A program made the position numbers and the translations under genes. From contig CM059431.1 of the NCBI GenBank assembly GCA_030390025.1, forward strand, positions 134,666,001-134,730,000: a DNA stretch of 64,000 bases. The letters run 5' to 3'. Shown here one piece after another: positions 23,916-37,936 of the stretch (positions within the stretch are counted from its first letter, which is position 1; the number at the start of each line of letters is the position of its first letter). This stretch comes from Squalus acanthias (lineage: Eukaryota). A model generated the notes under the pieces. It saw only the letters and a list, made by a program, of their open reading frames with translations, did no database searches and was not told where the DNA came from.

Positions 23916-24555
23916 GGAATCATAGAATTGTACAGCATAGAAGGAGGCCATTCGGCCCATTGAGGCTGTGCCGGCTCCGTCAAAGAGCAATCCAGTTAGT
24001 TCCACTCCCCAGCTCTTTCCCCCTATCCCTGCAATTTTTTCTCCTTCAAGTATTTATCCAATTCCCTTTTGAAGGCTACTATTGAATCTGTATCCACCAG
24101 TGCATTCCAAATCCTAACCACTAGCTGCCTAAAGAAGTTTTTCCTCATATCGCCTCTGGTTCTTTTGTCAATCACCTTAAATCTGTGCCCTCTCATTATT
24201 GACCCTTCAGCCATTGGAAATAGTTTCTCTTTATTTACTCTATCTAAACCCTTCATGATTTTAAACACCTCTATCAAATCCCCTCTTAGCCTTCCCTGCT
24301 CTAAGGAAAACAACCCCAGCTTCTCTAGTCTATCCACGTAACTGTAATCTCTCATCCCTGGAACTATTCTAGTAAATCTCTTCTGTAACCTCTCCAAAGC
24401 CTTCACTTGCTTCCTGTGATGTGGTGTGATGTCCATAATTGGACACAATACTTCAGCTGGGATCGAACTAGTGTTTTATAAAGGTTTAGCATAACTTCCT
24501 TGTTTTTGTATTCTATGCCTCTACTTATAAAGCCCAGGATCCTGTATGCTTTAAC
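23916..24555 (-). mobile_element. CR1 3' fragment
   Basis: Encodes LFSLEQGRLRGDLIEVFKIM and has a CR1 tail. Confidence 0.9.
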
Positions 24556-25610
24556 CTATCCACATTTGAATGAGCAGGATTTATCTGTTAATTACATTCA
24601 CATACAAAAAAAAATCCCCAAATCCATGAGTCAATAATGCAATTTAACTCTGTTCCTTATTTGGTAAGCATTCATGAATATTCTGGAACCAGTGATCTCA
24701 ACTAGGGTGGCATGAGGGCATTACAACTGGTCTCAGTGCCCCTTAGCTAGGGAAGGAGAAAAAATATTAGGCAGGTTCTCTGCTCTTGGTCACTATCCAG
24801 TGACTCCATTTACTTATGTGCGGATGTTGGATACGGACAGGATCAGGATCAGGATCAATTGTAATCCCCTTCACCATGGTAAATAGCCTGCCAGCATTGT
24901 GTGCGCATAGGCAGTAAGGAGTACCACTGCCTCCCCGAATTACCCTTAATTCCCTTCCCCGCCACCCCAGCTGAGACTGCTGCAGGCTGTCCCTTCCCCG
25001 CCCACTTCAAGTAAATACTGGCGGGCAAGTGGGGCTTGGATCCCTAGCCCTCTTCCCTCTCATCTGTTCCTCTGATGGGTGTTTCCTGGGACCACCAGGT
25101 GAAGCTTGCCAGTAGTCCCTGAGGTAGTGTTGGGAAGGTCCCAAAGTCTTCTGATGGAGAGAGAGTGGGCCTAGTAGCGGTCTCCCATCACTCCACTTCA
25201 GCTCAAGCCTTTATATGCTGAAAGCCTCTGTCTTGGCCGAGGCCTTCAGTAGAAGATTAGCTACAGTATATGGGGCTCTTCGGCTCTTTATATGGCATCT
25301 GATCTCTTCCTATACTACAGCAGCAGTCCCACAGCAGCACTGCTAGATTTTCCTCGGGGTCACTGGCGGGCATCCCATCATGAATGCATAATGACCTCGA
25401 CCTAGTGAACTGCGCTGGGGTCATGGCGAGGTCGGAGCAGTGGCTGGAAGTGGTGCCTCAACCCTGTAGGTGCAGACATATTAAATTCTACTCCCAAGAG
25501 TCAGAACCTTTAAAAGGGGAATGGGAAGAAAATTAGAAAGATAAAAGTATTCTGCAACCAATGACATATAATAGAAATGAAGCCAAAACCAGCATTACGT
25601 AATTGTATTA

Positions 25611-26138
<528 letters not shown>

Positions 26139-26162
26139 TTAAAAATAAATCCAGGCAAGGCC

Positions 26163-26910
26163 GGGATCGTCACAGGCCAGAGATCGGGGGAAAGGGTGGT
26201 GGGAGCGAGGAAGGTCGGGATCGTCACAGGCTGGAGACCAGGGGAAAGGGCGGTGGGGGGGGAGGGAATGTCGGGTTCGTCACAGGCCGAAGATCGGGGG
26301 AAAGGGCGGTGGTGGGAGCGAGGAAGGTCGGGATCGTCACAGGCTGGAGACCAGGGGAAAAGGCGGTGGGGGGTGAGGAAGGTCGGGATCGTCACAGGCC
26401 GGAGATCGGGAGAAAGGGTGGTGGGGGGGGAGGGAAGGTCGGGATCGTCACAGGCCGGAGATCGGGGGAAAGGGCGGTGGGGGGGGGGAGGGAAGGTCGG
26501 GATCGTCACAGGCCGGAGATTGGGGGAAAGGGCGGTGGGGGGCGAGGAAGTTCGGGATCGTCACAGGCCGAGATCGGGGGAAAGGGCGGTGGGGGTGGGG
26601 AAGGTCGGGATCGTCACAGGCCGGAGATTGGGGGAAAGGGCGGTGGGGGGGCGAGGAAGTTCGGGATCGTCACAGGCCGGAGATCGGGGGAAAGGGCGGT
26701 GGGGGTGGGGAAGGTCGGGATCGTCACAGGCCGGAGATCAGGGGAAAGGGCGGTGGGGGTGGGGAAGGTCGGGATCGTCACAGGCCGGAGATCAGGGGAA
26801 AGGGCGGTGGGGGGGAGGAAGGTCAGGATCGTCACAGGCCGAAGATCGGGGGAAAGGGCGGTGGGGGGAGGAAGGTCGGGATCGTAGGAAGCCGGAGATC
26901 GGCGGGGGGT
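26163..26910 (+). repeat. G-rich minisatellite, about 14 units of 53-58 bp
   Basis: Unit gggatcgtcacaggccggagatcgggggaaagggcggtgggggtggggaaggtc. Confidence 0.95.
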
Positions 26911-27011
26911 GGGGGTTGCAGGAAGGGCTGGATCAGAAGGGGCCATAGATCGAAGGCCAGAGTGGGGATCAGAGGCCGGGGGGGGGGGGGGGCGGTCAGA
27001 AGGATCAGGGG

Positions 27012-27180
27012 CAATGTTCCCTTGAAGCTGTGTGGCCGCGCGGATGCGCACTATCTGTGAGATCCCGCGCAGGCCGCTCACCGGCTTTTGTATTGTAAAA
27101 ACCGCGAATGCCCAAAATTTGAATGGGCCTGCGCAGCAATTTAAAGGGACCGCACACAAAAAAAATGAAAGGGAACATTG
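27012..27180. mobile_element. Small hAT-type MITE
   Basis: TIR CAATGTTCCCTT / AAGGGAACATTG and 8-bp TSD atcagggg/gtcagggg. Confidence 0.8.
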
Positions 27181-27685
27181 GTCAGGGGTGGTGTTCGATC
27201 ACGGGGGGTTGTGGAAATGTACTTACCTCCTGGATCCAGCAGTCCTCACCTTCCTTTAGCTGCTGGATTCCCCGAGGCCCGGGAAACCCAGTCACCCAGA
27301 GTTAAATTTAAAATGGAGCTTCAACAGAAGGCACACAGCCTCATTATAATATTTAAAGTGCCAGCCCGCCTCCTGGGAGCGGGTTGGCCACCCGACCCCC
27401 GTCCCGCCTCTGTTAGAACTGGAAGTAGGCAGGTTGGGGTCGGGATTCAAATCTTTAACATTTTAACCTCCCATCTGACCCTAACCCACCTGTTTTTTGG
27501 GATTAAAGTTCCCCCCAATAACTCTGGGTCTGAAATTCTCATTCAATGAAAAAAGTGGGAGTATGTCCATTTTTTTTTCTCCATAATTGATGACCTGGTA
27601 ACAAAATTGCAGAATGCCTTGTTCTGAAAAATGCAATTTCTCTACCTCTATGAACTTGCACGAAAGGCTTTCATTCCAATAATAT

Positions 27686-28342
27686 GGGCTGGATTTTCAT
27701 TGACCCGTGGAGGCGGGTTTGGAGGTGTGTGGGGGGTTAAAATTGCGAAAACTGGTGGGCGGGCACAAGCCCGCCTCCACGCAATTTTCATTAAATCGTG
27801 TCTGCTGGTCCTGACTCCGTCCCGCCTCTAAGAGGCGGGATAGGCTGTTAAGGCCCTTAACAAGCACTAAATTGTCTCTATAATGCCATTTTGAAAGGCC
27901 TTTGTGATTTTAACCCTTTTTCTACGTGAAGCACGCCTGTTCTGAACCGGCCGGCTGGCTGGCTGATCGATCTGGGAGTGGTGGTGGATGGATGGATGAC
28001 ATATCTGGGAGTGGTGGTGGATGGGAGACATATCTGGGAGTGGTGGTGCAAAAATATCTGGGAGCAGACTTAGGGCTGCTGCTGCTCATTTTGCATCCAG
28101 GTCCTCTCACAGCAAAGGCCAGGCAGACTTTGCAGACCTTCAATGCAGCAGCAATGATGACATCATCAGAGGCGACTTTCAGACTGAAAACACTAATTGG
28201 GTCATGGGTTCCCACATGCTGGAACTTAATTGCCCAATTAGGTGAAAATCGCATCACTCTCCCACATCCAATTGCAGTCGGGTAGAGAACACGAAAAGTG
28301 GATGACACGACCCCAACCCGCCCCAGTATCAAAATCCAGCCC
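27686..28342. mobile_element. Harbinger MITE (GGGCTGGATTTT family)
   Basis: Perfect 12-bp TIR and TSD TAT. An inverted sister copy is at 48802. Confidence 0.9.
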
Positions 28343-28759
28343 TATGTCTTTAACTCATCTGATGGCTTCTTTTTGTGTTCTCAGATAACCATGCAGGAAA
28401 ATGAAAAGATTTTTCTACTTTACATCTGGCAATGACATCACACAGACTCCAATGCAAGTATGACACCAGCTACTTACTAACTATTCCTTACAAATTGGCA
28501 TTGCTTTTACACAAATTTTCATTTCAATCTTATGAGTGTTGCAGAGTAAATTTGCCAAATTTGCAACAAGTGTGTCAAATTCTGGGCAATTCTGTATAGT
28601 GTGCTTGTAAACTTCCTGCTGTTTGTCTGGCCAGGATCACTGCAGCCATTAAGACATTGACATGTAGGGTTATCTCAAGCCAAGTGGCAAGAATCCCAGT
28701 GACATGTCACATTAATGAGCTAGACTGAGATACACGCTCAACACCAGAATTCTTAGAAT

Positions 28760-31700
28760 TCTTGTTCCACCTGGACCCCTCCCTCTGGCCTCTTACCCTC
28801 TCTAGATCTTTTCATTGGGAACTGCCAGCATGACATCAGCCGTCTCAATTTCTCTGCTCCCCTCACTCACGCTAACCTACCTCCCTCTGAACTTGCAGCA
28901 TTCTTCTCACTCCGTTCTCTCAGATCCAACCCTAACCTTGTCATTAAGCCTGCTGACAAGGATGGCGCTCTTGTTGTTTGGTGAACCAACCTTGTAGAGG
29001 CTGAACGCCAACTCTCTGACACCCCCTGGACCATGACACCACTACTGAACATCAAACCATTGTTTCCAAGACAGTCACTGACCTCATCTCCACTAGAGAT
29101 CTTCCCTCCACGGCCTCCAACCTCATAGTCCCATAACCCTGCACAGCCCACTTCTACTTCCTTTCCAAAATCCACAAACAGGACTACCCTGGTAGACCCA
29201 TCGTTTCAGCCTATTCTTGCCCCACGGAACTGATTTCTTCCTATCTCGACTATTTTTTCTTCCCTTGTCCAGTCACTTCCCACCTACATCCACAACTTTT
29301 CCGACATCCTCTGCCACTTTGACCGTTTCCTGGCCCTAACCGTCTCCTTTTCACCATGGACGTCCAATCCCTCTGCACCTCCACCCCCACCAGGACGGCC
29401 TGAGGGCGCTCCGCTTCTTCCTTGAACGGAGGCCCAACCAATCCCCATCCATCAGCACCCTCCTCCGCCTGGCTGAACTTGTTCTTACATTAAACAACTT
29501 CTCCTTTAACTCATAGAATCATAGAATGGTTACAGCACAGAAGCAGATCATTCAGCCTGTTGAGCCTGTGCCGGCTCTCGCAAGAGCATTTCAGCTAGTC
29601 CCACACCCCCGCCCTTTCCCCGTAGCCCTGCAAGTTTTTTTCCTTCAGGTACTTAACCAATTCCCCTTTGAAAGCCATGACTGAGTCTGCCTCCACCACC
29701 CTTTCAGGCAGTGCATTCCAGATCCTAACCACTCGCTGCGTAAGAAAGTTTTTCCTCATGTCGCCTTTGGTTCTTTTGCCAATCACCTTGAATCTGTGTC
29801 CTCTGGTTCTCGACCCTTAGAATCATAAAATCATAGAAAGTTACAGCACGGAAGGAGGCCATTTCAGTCCATCGTGTCCGTGCCGGCCAACAAAGAGCTA
29901 TCCAGCCTAATCCCACTTCCCAGCTCTTGGTCCGTAGCCCTGCAGGTTAGAGCACCCCAAGTGCACATCCAAGTACTTTTTAAATGTGGTTAGGGTTTCT
30001 GCCTCTACCACCCTTTCAGGCAGTGAGTTCCAGACCCCCACAACCCTCTGGGTGAAGAAATTTCCCCTCAAATCCCCTCTAAACCTTCCACCAATTACTT
30101 TAAATCTGTGCCCCCTGGTTTTTGACCCCTCTGCTAAGGGAAATAGGTCCTTTCTATCCACTTTATCTATGCCCCTCATAATTTTATACACTTCAATAAG
30201 GTCTCCCCTCAGCCTCCTCTGTTCCAAGGAAAACAAACCCAGCCTATCCAGTCTTTCCTCATAGCTAAGATTCTCTACTCCCGGCAACATCCTTGTAAAT
30301 CTCCTCTGTACCCTCTCTAGTGCAATCACATCTTTCCTGTAATGTGGTGACCAGAACTGCACACAGTACTCTAGCTGAGACCTAACTAGAGTTTAATATA
30401 GTTGAAACATAACCCCCCTGCTCTTGTATTCTATGCCACGGCTAATGGGAACAGTTTCTCTCTATCTACTCTGTCCTGACCCCTCATGATTTTGAATACC
30501 TCTATCAAATCTCCTCTCAACCTTCTTTGCTCTAAGGAGAACAAGCCCAGTTTCTCTAGTCTATCCACGTAACTGAAGTCCCTAATCCCTGGAATCATTC
30601 TCGTAAATCTTTTCTGCACCCTCTCTAAGGCTTTCACATCCTTCCTAAAGTGCGGTGCCCAGAATTGGACACAATACTCCAGTTGAGGTCGAACCAGTGT
30701 TTTATAAAGGTTCATCATAACTTCCTTGCGTTTGTACTCTATGCCTCTATTTATGAAGCCCAGGATCCCATATGCTTTTTTAACCTTTTTCTCAACCTGC
30801 CCTGCCACCTTCAACGATTTGTGCGCATATACTCCCCGGTGTCTCTGTTCATGCACCCCCTTTAAGATTATATCCTTTAGTTTATATTGCCTCTCCTCAT
30901 TCTTCCTACCAAAATGTATCACTTTGCACTTTCTGCATTAAATTTTATCTGCCACGTGTCCACCCATTTCACCAGCCTGTCTATGTCTTCTTGAAGTCTA
31001 TCACTATCCTTCTCACTGTTCACTATACTTCCAAGTTTTGTGTCATCTGCAAATTTTGAATTGGTGCCCTGTATTCCCATGTCCAAGTCATTAATATATA
31101 TCAAGAAAAGCAGTGGTCCTGGTACCTGCCCCTGGGGAATACCGCTGTGTACCTTCCTCCAGTCCAAAAAACAACAGTTCACCACTACTCTCTGTTTCCT
31201 GTCATTTAACCAATTTCGTATCCATGCTGCCACTGTCCCTTTTATTTCATGAGCTTCAACTTTGCTGGCAAGTCACTTTGTCGAAAGCCTTTTGATAATC
31301 CATGTACACCACGTCAACCGCATTGCCCTCATCAACCCTCTCTGTTACCTCATCAAAAAACTCGATCAAGTTAGTTAAACATGATTTGCCTTTAACAAAT
31401 CCATGCTGGTTTTCCTTAATTAATCCACGCTTGCCCAAGTGACTGTTAACTTTGTCCCTGATTATCGTTTCCAAAAGCTTCCCCACTACTGAGGTTAAAC
31501 TGATTGGCCTGTAATTGCTGGGTTTATCCTTACACCATTTTTTGAACAAGGGTGTAACATTTGCAATTCTCCAGTCCTCAAGCACCACCCCTGTATCTAA
31601 GGAGGATTGGAAGATTATGGCAAGTACATCTGGTCCTGGTGACCTATCAACTTTAAGTACAGACAGCCTTTCTAGTACCTCCTCTTTCTCAATTCTTATC

Positions 31701-32580
31701 TCATCCAGTATCTCCACTACCTCCTCTTCCTACTCACTTCCTCCAAATAATAGGTGCTGCTCTGGGCACCCATATGGGTCCTAGCTATGCTGCCTTTTCA
31801 TGGGATATGTGGAACATTCTTTGTTCCAGTCCTACTCAGGTCCCCTCCCTCACCTCTTTTTCCGGTACATTGATGACTGTATCGGTGCAGTTTCCTGCCC
31901 TCGTCCGAACAGGAAAATTTCTTCTACTTTGCTTTTCCACCCTTCCCTCACCTTCACACGGTCCATCTCCGACTCTTCCCTTCCTCGACTTCTCTGTTTC
32001 CATTTTTGAGGATAGGCTATCGACTAATATCCACTTTAAACCCACTGACTACCACAGCTACCTTGACTACATATCCTCCCACCCCGCTTCCTGCAGGGAC
32101 TCTATTCCAGTCTCACAATTTCTCTGTCTCCGTCGCATCTGTTCCGACGATGCCACCTTCCATAAGTCTTCCTTTTTCCTCAACCGAGGATTCCCCTCCA
32201 CCATGGTTGACAGGGCCTTCAACCGTGTCTATTCCATTTCCTGTACTTCTGCTCTCACCCCTTCCCCTCCCTCCCAGAACCACGATAGGATTCCCCTTGT
32301 CCTCACCTTCCACCCCACCAGCCTTCACATTTAACGGATCATTCTCCGCCATTTCTGCCACCTCTAGCGTGATACCATCACCAAACACATCTTCCCTTCC
32401 CCTCCCCTTTCAGCATTCCGAAGGGCCCGTTCCCTCCGCTACACCATGGTCCACTCCTCTATCACCCCCAACATCCAATCCCCTCCCCACGCCACCTTCC
32501 CGTGCAAATGCAGGAGATGCAACACCTGCCCTTTTACCTCCTCCGTTGCCACCATCTAGTGTCCCAAACACTCCTTTTGA
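28760..32580 (+). mobile_element. Degenerate Penelope-like element split by CR1 insertions
   Basis: KIHKQDYPGRPIVS and FTMDVQSL before 29511; MGPSYA, FFRYIDD and CRRCNTC after 31731. Confidence 0.85.
29512..31730 (-). mobile_element. CR1 RT fragment with a second CR1 3' end (29819-30435) nested inside it
   Basis: Two CR1 tails at 29512 and 29819. The outer copy resumes at about 30436, and the FADD motif is present. Confidence 0.85.
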
Positions 32581-32798
32581 TTTGATAATAGAGCCAACGA
32601 AAAGTTAATCTCTGCTGCAAAATTCCATTCCCTCTTATCAGGTAAATAGGAAATGTGGTAAGTCATTTCCATGTGAAACTGTTACCTTAAGCTTCATCCC
32701 CACAAATGACCTGTATCATCTCTGAAGCAAGCTGTTCAACACAGCCCACAGATCACATAAAATTATGATTTATGCATATTAATCCTCTCCATACTCAC

Positions 32799-32934
32799 TG
32801 ATACTATTGATGAAAATGCATGTGAAACATCCGAATCTTCTGCTATGAAGTTAAAGGCTCTCAGAAGAGCAACTCCTGCATCTTGATTGCCATCAACCTT
32901 CTCATCAGCATTTACAACAAAGATGAAACCAATT
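32799..32934 (-). CDS. UGGT2: UGGT2-like coding exon (IGFIFVVNADEKVDGNQDAGVALLRAFNFIAEDSDVSHAFSSIVS)
   Basis: Polypyrimidine-tag acceptor, gtgagt donor, 136 nt, phase 2 to 0, in frame with both neighbouring exons. Confidence 0.92.
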
Positions 32935-33544
32935 CTAGTACAGAAAAAAAAGGGGAACATTAGTATACTCACATTACAGTGCATGTCAAGAGTTTACTTA
33001 GAAGACTCAAATTTTGCATGACATTACAGAAGTTAGTGTAAATTTCACATTTTCCGGAGATTATATGGCCGATTTTACGAAACAGCCAGAAAATCATGTG
33101 GACCTCAGTTCTTCATATGCAAATCTGGAAGAAATGGAAGCATGAAAAACTGCTAAAGTGCAGCAGGCTCCAGCAACCAAGAAAAATAAAAATGTAGGTC
33201 GACACCAAGGGTGCAGATCACCATGCCAACATGGTGTTTTGATGGAGGGTTCCCACCCCTAGCACCAACTCTTCCCTACCCCCTCTCCCGGAAATGCCAG
33301 AACACTCATCCCACACTGCCGGCACTTCCTTGACTTTGTTAACTTTAGACCTTAACAATAACTTCCATTTTCTCTCTTATTATACTTCCTATTGTGTCAT
33401 GTAAATATCACTACAGCCATGTCCTGTTTTCCACTTCAGCACTTTATGGGTCTTTTCGGATTCTTCTCCCACATTTGCGGGTGTATGTCTGACAGAGAGA
33501 TTTTTCCTCCTAACCTTCCCTTTGATCTGTTCCTTTTTAAATGC

Positions 33545-33660
33545 TGTTCATCTGTAATTTCTTCCAGTTCTGATTAAGGGTCCACACCTGAAAGACTAAC
33601 TTAGCTGTTCTCTCAACAGATGCTGACTGATCTGCTGAGTGGTTCCAGCATTTTCTGTTT
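33545..33660 (+). mobile_element. Decayed Penelope terminal repeat with mutated hammerhead core
   Basis: ttctgattaagggtccacacctgaaagactaac...cagatgctgactgatctgctgagtggttccagcatt. Confidence 0.5.
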
Positions 33661-34737
33661 ATGCATCACTACAACAACAACTTGCATTCATATAGCGTCT
33701 TCAACATAGTATAACATCCCAAGGCGCTTCAAAGGAGCGATTAACAAACAAAATTTGACACCAACCATTACAAGTCTTACTCCTTCAGGTTTTAATTGTT
33801 GTTAGAGATTTTTATAATGTCACATTTCAATTTAAAAAAAAGGTTTTACTTTTCCTTTCTGTCATTTTTTGTCTCTCTTAATCCAATCTTTCTCACCCTC
33901 TCTTTATTTCTCTTACTGTACCTGATTGATCCACCATAATTTACACTTCCTTCTCAGTCCTTACGAAGTTAATTTCACAATCCTTCAATCTGATTGGTTA
34001 AGGAGATACATAGTTGCTTGCCCTGTTCACTCAGGTCCCAGATGCCATGTTTCCCTCGCTGCGCATTATCAGCTCGCACTTTCAGCAACTTGCAACACAA
34101 AATTTTTTAAAACCTAAATGTGAACGGGCAAGTATAACTAACAGAAGACACTGTTAGATGCCCTGCCATGGCAAATTATGGCCCATTAAGCACCCTGTTG
34201 TTTCATTCTGTCTCGGGGCCCCAATACCTTGGATGAGTATCAGACATTGGCCGCACTGCTCCCGTTCTGCCGCTATGCTTGCTGCAGCGTATTCTACTTA
34301 TTTTCCCAGCAAATTGGGGCAGTAGGTCGCCACTGGAGGATCGGAGAGCAGAACGATTCTAACCTATGACGTTCGTTGCTAATATCTTGATTTTGTGCAT
34401 TCACAATGATGAAATCTAATATTTCCTCTCTACTTCTGCCAGTGTCCTGAAACAGAAATACAGAATTCAAGACTCCAATCCCCACAAAATCTGTTAAATT
34501 GATTCTTTATCTCTGCTACTAAGAAACTGAATATTTTCAAAAATAAATGCATTAATACTGAGATTTGTCTCTTTCCCCATACCTCTCAACAGGTAAGTTC
34601 TATATGAGCCACAAGAAAGCTGTTATAGGGCAGTGAAGCTTTAAATATTTCTCAAACTGCTCACACATTTTGGAAGAGATTATAGTCACAAGAATAAACC
34701 ATAGTAAAAGGAGAAAACACATTTACTCAGCCAGTAC

Positions 34738-34823
34738 CTAAGAGGAATATTGTGGTGATGGAATAGCTCAGCCAGTTTCACCAGTTCAACCGCATCTTCC
34801 TGAGCAGGATCGATAAATAGGAC
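34738..34823 (-). CDS. UGGT2: UGGT2-like coding exon (VLFIDPAQEDAVELVKLAELFHHHNIPLR)
   Basis: cag acceptor, GT donor, 86 nt, phase 0 to 2. The peptide resembles vertebrate UGGT2 VLFIDPAQE...VPLR as recalled. No further upstream exon was found in the window. Confidence 0.9.
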
Positions 34824-35464
34824 CTGTAGTCAGAAAAGGGAGCAACAAAAAATTGCTAAAGTTCTTCAAAAAATAAAGGAGCAATGCTTTGAGTTTACAT
34901 AGTAAAGTGGATAAAACTGCTTTTGTTTTACAAACACCATAATAGCAGCATCAAAATATAATATAATTATGAATGTTCCCAGGCATATCAGATAATTTCA
35001 CAAGCAACAAATAGCCTACAGTTTTACTTTTATTACAAAGAAAACCAAGAATCTTCTTGTGAAAAAGGACTCCTTGTTTGTCTGCCTATGAAATGACTAT
35101 TTTTGCACACTGGAAAAAAAATTACGATTCAATTTTCACAGCAATCGCTACTGTTTGGCACATCAGGTCGAGTAAAATATTGCACTGCCATCACTTCACT
35201 ACAGGTTAGATAAGTTCATTCATTTTCAAAGAAACAGTGAATATCTCAGTGATAAAAAGGGTTCAAAAGCAAGAGGAGCTACTTAGCTCACTTAAGCGTA
35301 TCCCTCTCAAACTTTAACTTTCTTTGCAGAGCATCCAACTGCACAAGAAATGTGCCCAAGGTGTGTATCCCTACTACTCAGCCTGGCAGATTATTCAAGA
35401 CACTTTAAGTGAAAATTTCTTTGCTATCTGGTTCAGACTTACTTTTCACCACTTAATAATTATG

Positions 35465-36095
35465 GGGGGAAAAATTCGGTTGATTTGCGCCTCCCATTAG
35501 CACCCTAAGAAGGTGCTAACGGGGCACAAAGCAACTAGCGCCTGGGCGCGGCGCCGCTAACGCCTCCCGCGAAATTCAACGGGAGGTTAGCAGCGGCTGT
35601 AACCGTTAGCGCCCTGCGGCGCTACGCCTCCGGTGATGACATCATCACTGTGCGCAGCGCCCCGCTCACGCCCAGGCCGCGATCTTTGGTATCGCCCCCT
35701 GACTTACCGCCGGTCGCTATGTCCGACAGGGTCAGGGGGGCCTACCTGCGGCCGGGGCAGCACAATTTAAAGAGGAGGTGCCGGGTGGCCATTTTTGTTA
35801 CTGGCCGTCTGCCAGCACCTGCCCCCGTCGCTGTCCCCAGCCTCCTGTGCAGCCCCCCCACGGGGTGCCGGCTATGCTCCACTTCTCTTGAGTGCCGGCA
35901 CTCCGATCCCTGGTGGCCCAGCTGGGCCCCGGGTTGCGCTGCGCTAGGCCCCTCCCCTTTGGGAGGTGGGGCGCTTCCAGTAGCACCCCGCTTCCCTCTT
36001 GGGGCGCTACCAGTGAATTTCGGGTGTGGGGGCGCTAACATTTTCGGGGCACTAAAAGTAGCGCCCCGGCGAAGTTAGCGCCCCAATTTTGCCCC
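35465..36095. mobile_element. Harbinger family-A MITE (inverted relative to 19814)
   Basis: gggggaaaaatt / aattttgcccc ends, TSD ATG, and collinearity with 19814-20521. Confidence 0.88.
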
Positions 36096-36164
36096 ATGAC
36101 CTTTTGTCGAATTAGCTTGCCTTAAAAGTAATAACCTAGATTTGCCTTATACCAATTATTTAAT

Positions 36165-36814
36165 GGGCCGTATATTCTGATCCCTACGGGTGTGTACGAG
36201 CATGCCAAGCACATGCGCTGAAAAACGGCATTTCCGATCTGTCAAGAATGCTCTTGACAGATTGGACGCCTGCCCTAGAGAAGGGCCTCTGCGGGTGGAG
36301 AGTTCCGCTTTCTGGAGAACCTCCGCCCGCTGAAAACCCTTAGAAATATTATGCCTGTTGAAAGCAGTTGAAAAAAAGTTAAAAAAATAAATAAATAATT
36401 TTTTCACTCATTTATCATTTAAAAATACTTTAAAAAACAGTAAGTTTATTTTTAGCCCCGTAAAAAACTTTTTTTATTTTTTTCAAAAAATTTAATTTTT
36501 GTTTAAAATATTTAATTTATTGTAATTTCAACTCATTTTAAAAATGTGATGTTTTTTAAAATGTATTTAATGTTTTACAGTGTTTTTGGGATGATCTCCA
36601 TTCATATATTTGACAGGTCTATCTGTCAAGTGTATGAAGGGAAATTCCCTTCTTTGATTGGCGCCCCTGGGATACGTGGGCCCTGTGCATTTCGAGTTGG
36701 AGAGGCCCAGGAGCGGAAGTGTCCGGACCTCGGGAGCCCTCAGGTAAGTCCGTAGATTTTTTCCAGATTGGAGGCCTCCGCACGCGGGAAGCCTCCGATC
36801 AGAAAATACGGGCC
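36165..36814. mobile_element. Harbinger MITE with AT-rich core (relative of 11365)
   Basis: 18-bp imperfect TIR gggccgtatattctgatc / gatcagaaaatacgggcc and TSD AAT. Confidence 0.85.
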
Positions 36815-37936
36815 AATATTTTAGCAACAGATGTCTTCTGCTGTTGCTATTTGTGAGTTGGAGGATACACTTTTATAATGATAGGGTCCAATCACCCATG
36901 CGATTGGAAGTCACAGATACATGGTCCAGTCATTGTAAAGGAAAAAATGTCCAGAAACTATCAAGGATTAAACACAATGAATAAATAAAACTGCTACAAA
37001 GTTATTCAGCAACATTAAACATTATTTACAATTTTTTAAATGAATAAGACATTTTATCCAATTAAGTTTTCTTTAGTTCATTATCACACTTACAAACTCT
37101 CAATCACTTTGCAGCTGCAATGGATATTCTGGAGGCATTATTTTTAAGTGTGTCAGACAATTCTTCCACATTCTATGGATGCCCGATTATAATTAAATAT
37201 CTAGACCGGTAGACTTGCTCATGGGTAGTCCAGACCTTGGAGTACCCCGGCCCTGCAGCAGCCTAAATACAACAGCAAATTTACTTTGTAATATATCACA
37301 TGACTAACATGAGGTTATAAATAATACACCTGAACACTAATCCTGAAAGATACAGAACCTCACTAGCAAAACCTGTGTCATTGCACGTAGTGGGGTCAAG
37401 ACCAAGTGTAGTCTTCAAGTGTAGTGGTGTTAGAGGGTAGGGATAATTTGACCAGGGCACACAGACATAATGGTCCTGAATTTGCGGTCAGCAGCGTAGC
37501 TAAGGAAGGAAATCGCAAGGAAATCCACACTTACCTCGTGCGAAGCCCCCTTCGAGAACTTGCTTTCAAATGCTGCAGAGTTGTGCACAGCGTCGTGTCC
37601 CACAGAGCCCAGGAGTGCACCGTTGTGCATTTCCTGACTCTTAGCCAATCGTGTAATGCGACTAGTGAGGTGTTCATTGAGCAAACTTTTTATGTTGGAA
37701 ATATCACTATCATACAATGTAAGATCTATTTGTTAGGTTGAAGTGGTAATTTTATTCTTTTAATTGGTGAACATAGAAACCCTAAGTGATTGTAGCCTGT
37801 GTTTACGGCACATTGAATAGATCTGAAAAGGGTTTCTAGCGATGCAAAATATAATAGATTTTTTTAAAGTCTATGGCCGCAATTTTGCCGGTGCTCAGCG
37901 GACGGGATGGGTGGTGGGTCAGCTGTGAAATTTAAA

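Noticed and set aside
26163..26910. CRISPR-like regularly spaced repeats and long Gly/Arg-rich ORFs
   Set aside because: There are no unique spacers or cas genes. It is a eukaryotic minisatellite and the ORFs are repeat artefacts.
37094..37173. Exon-like segment on minus with tag/gtaagt boundaries
   Set aside because: Stops in all three frames and no UGGT similarity. A poison exon cannot be supported without RNA data.
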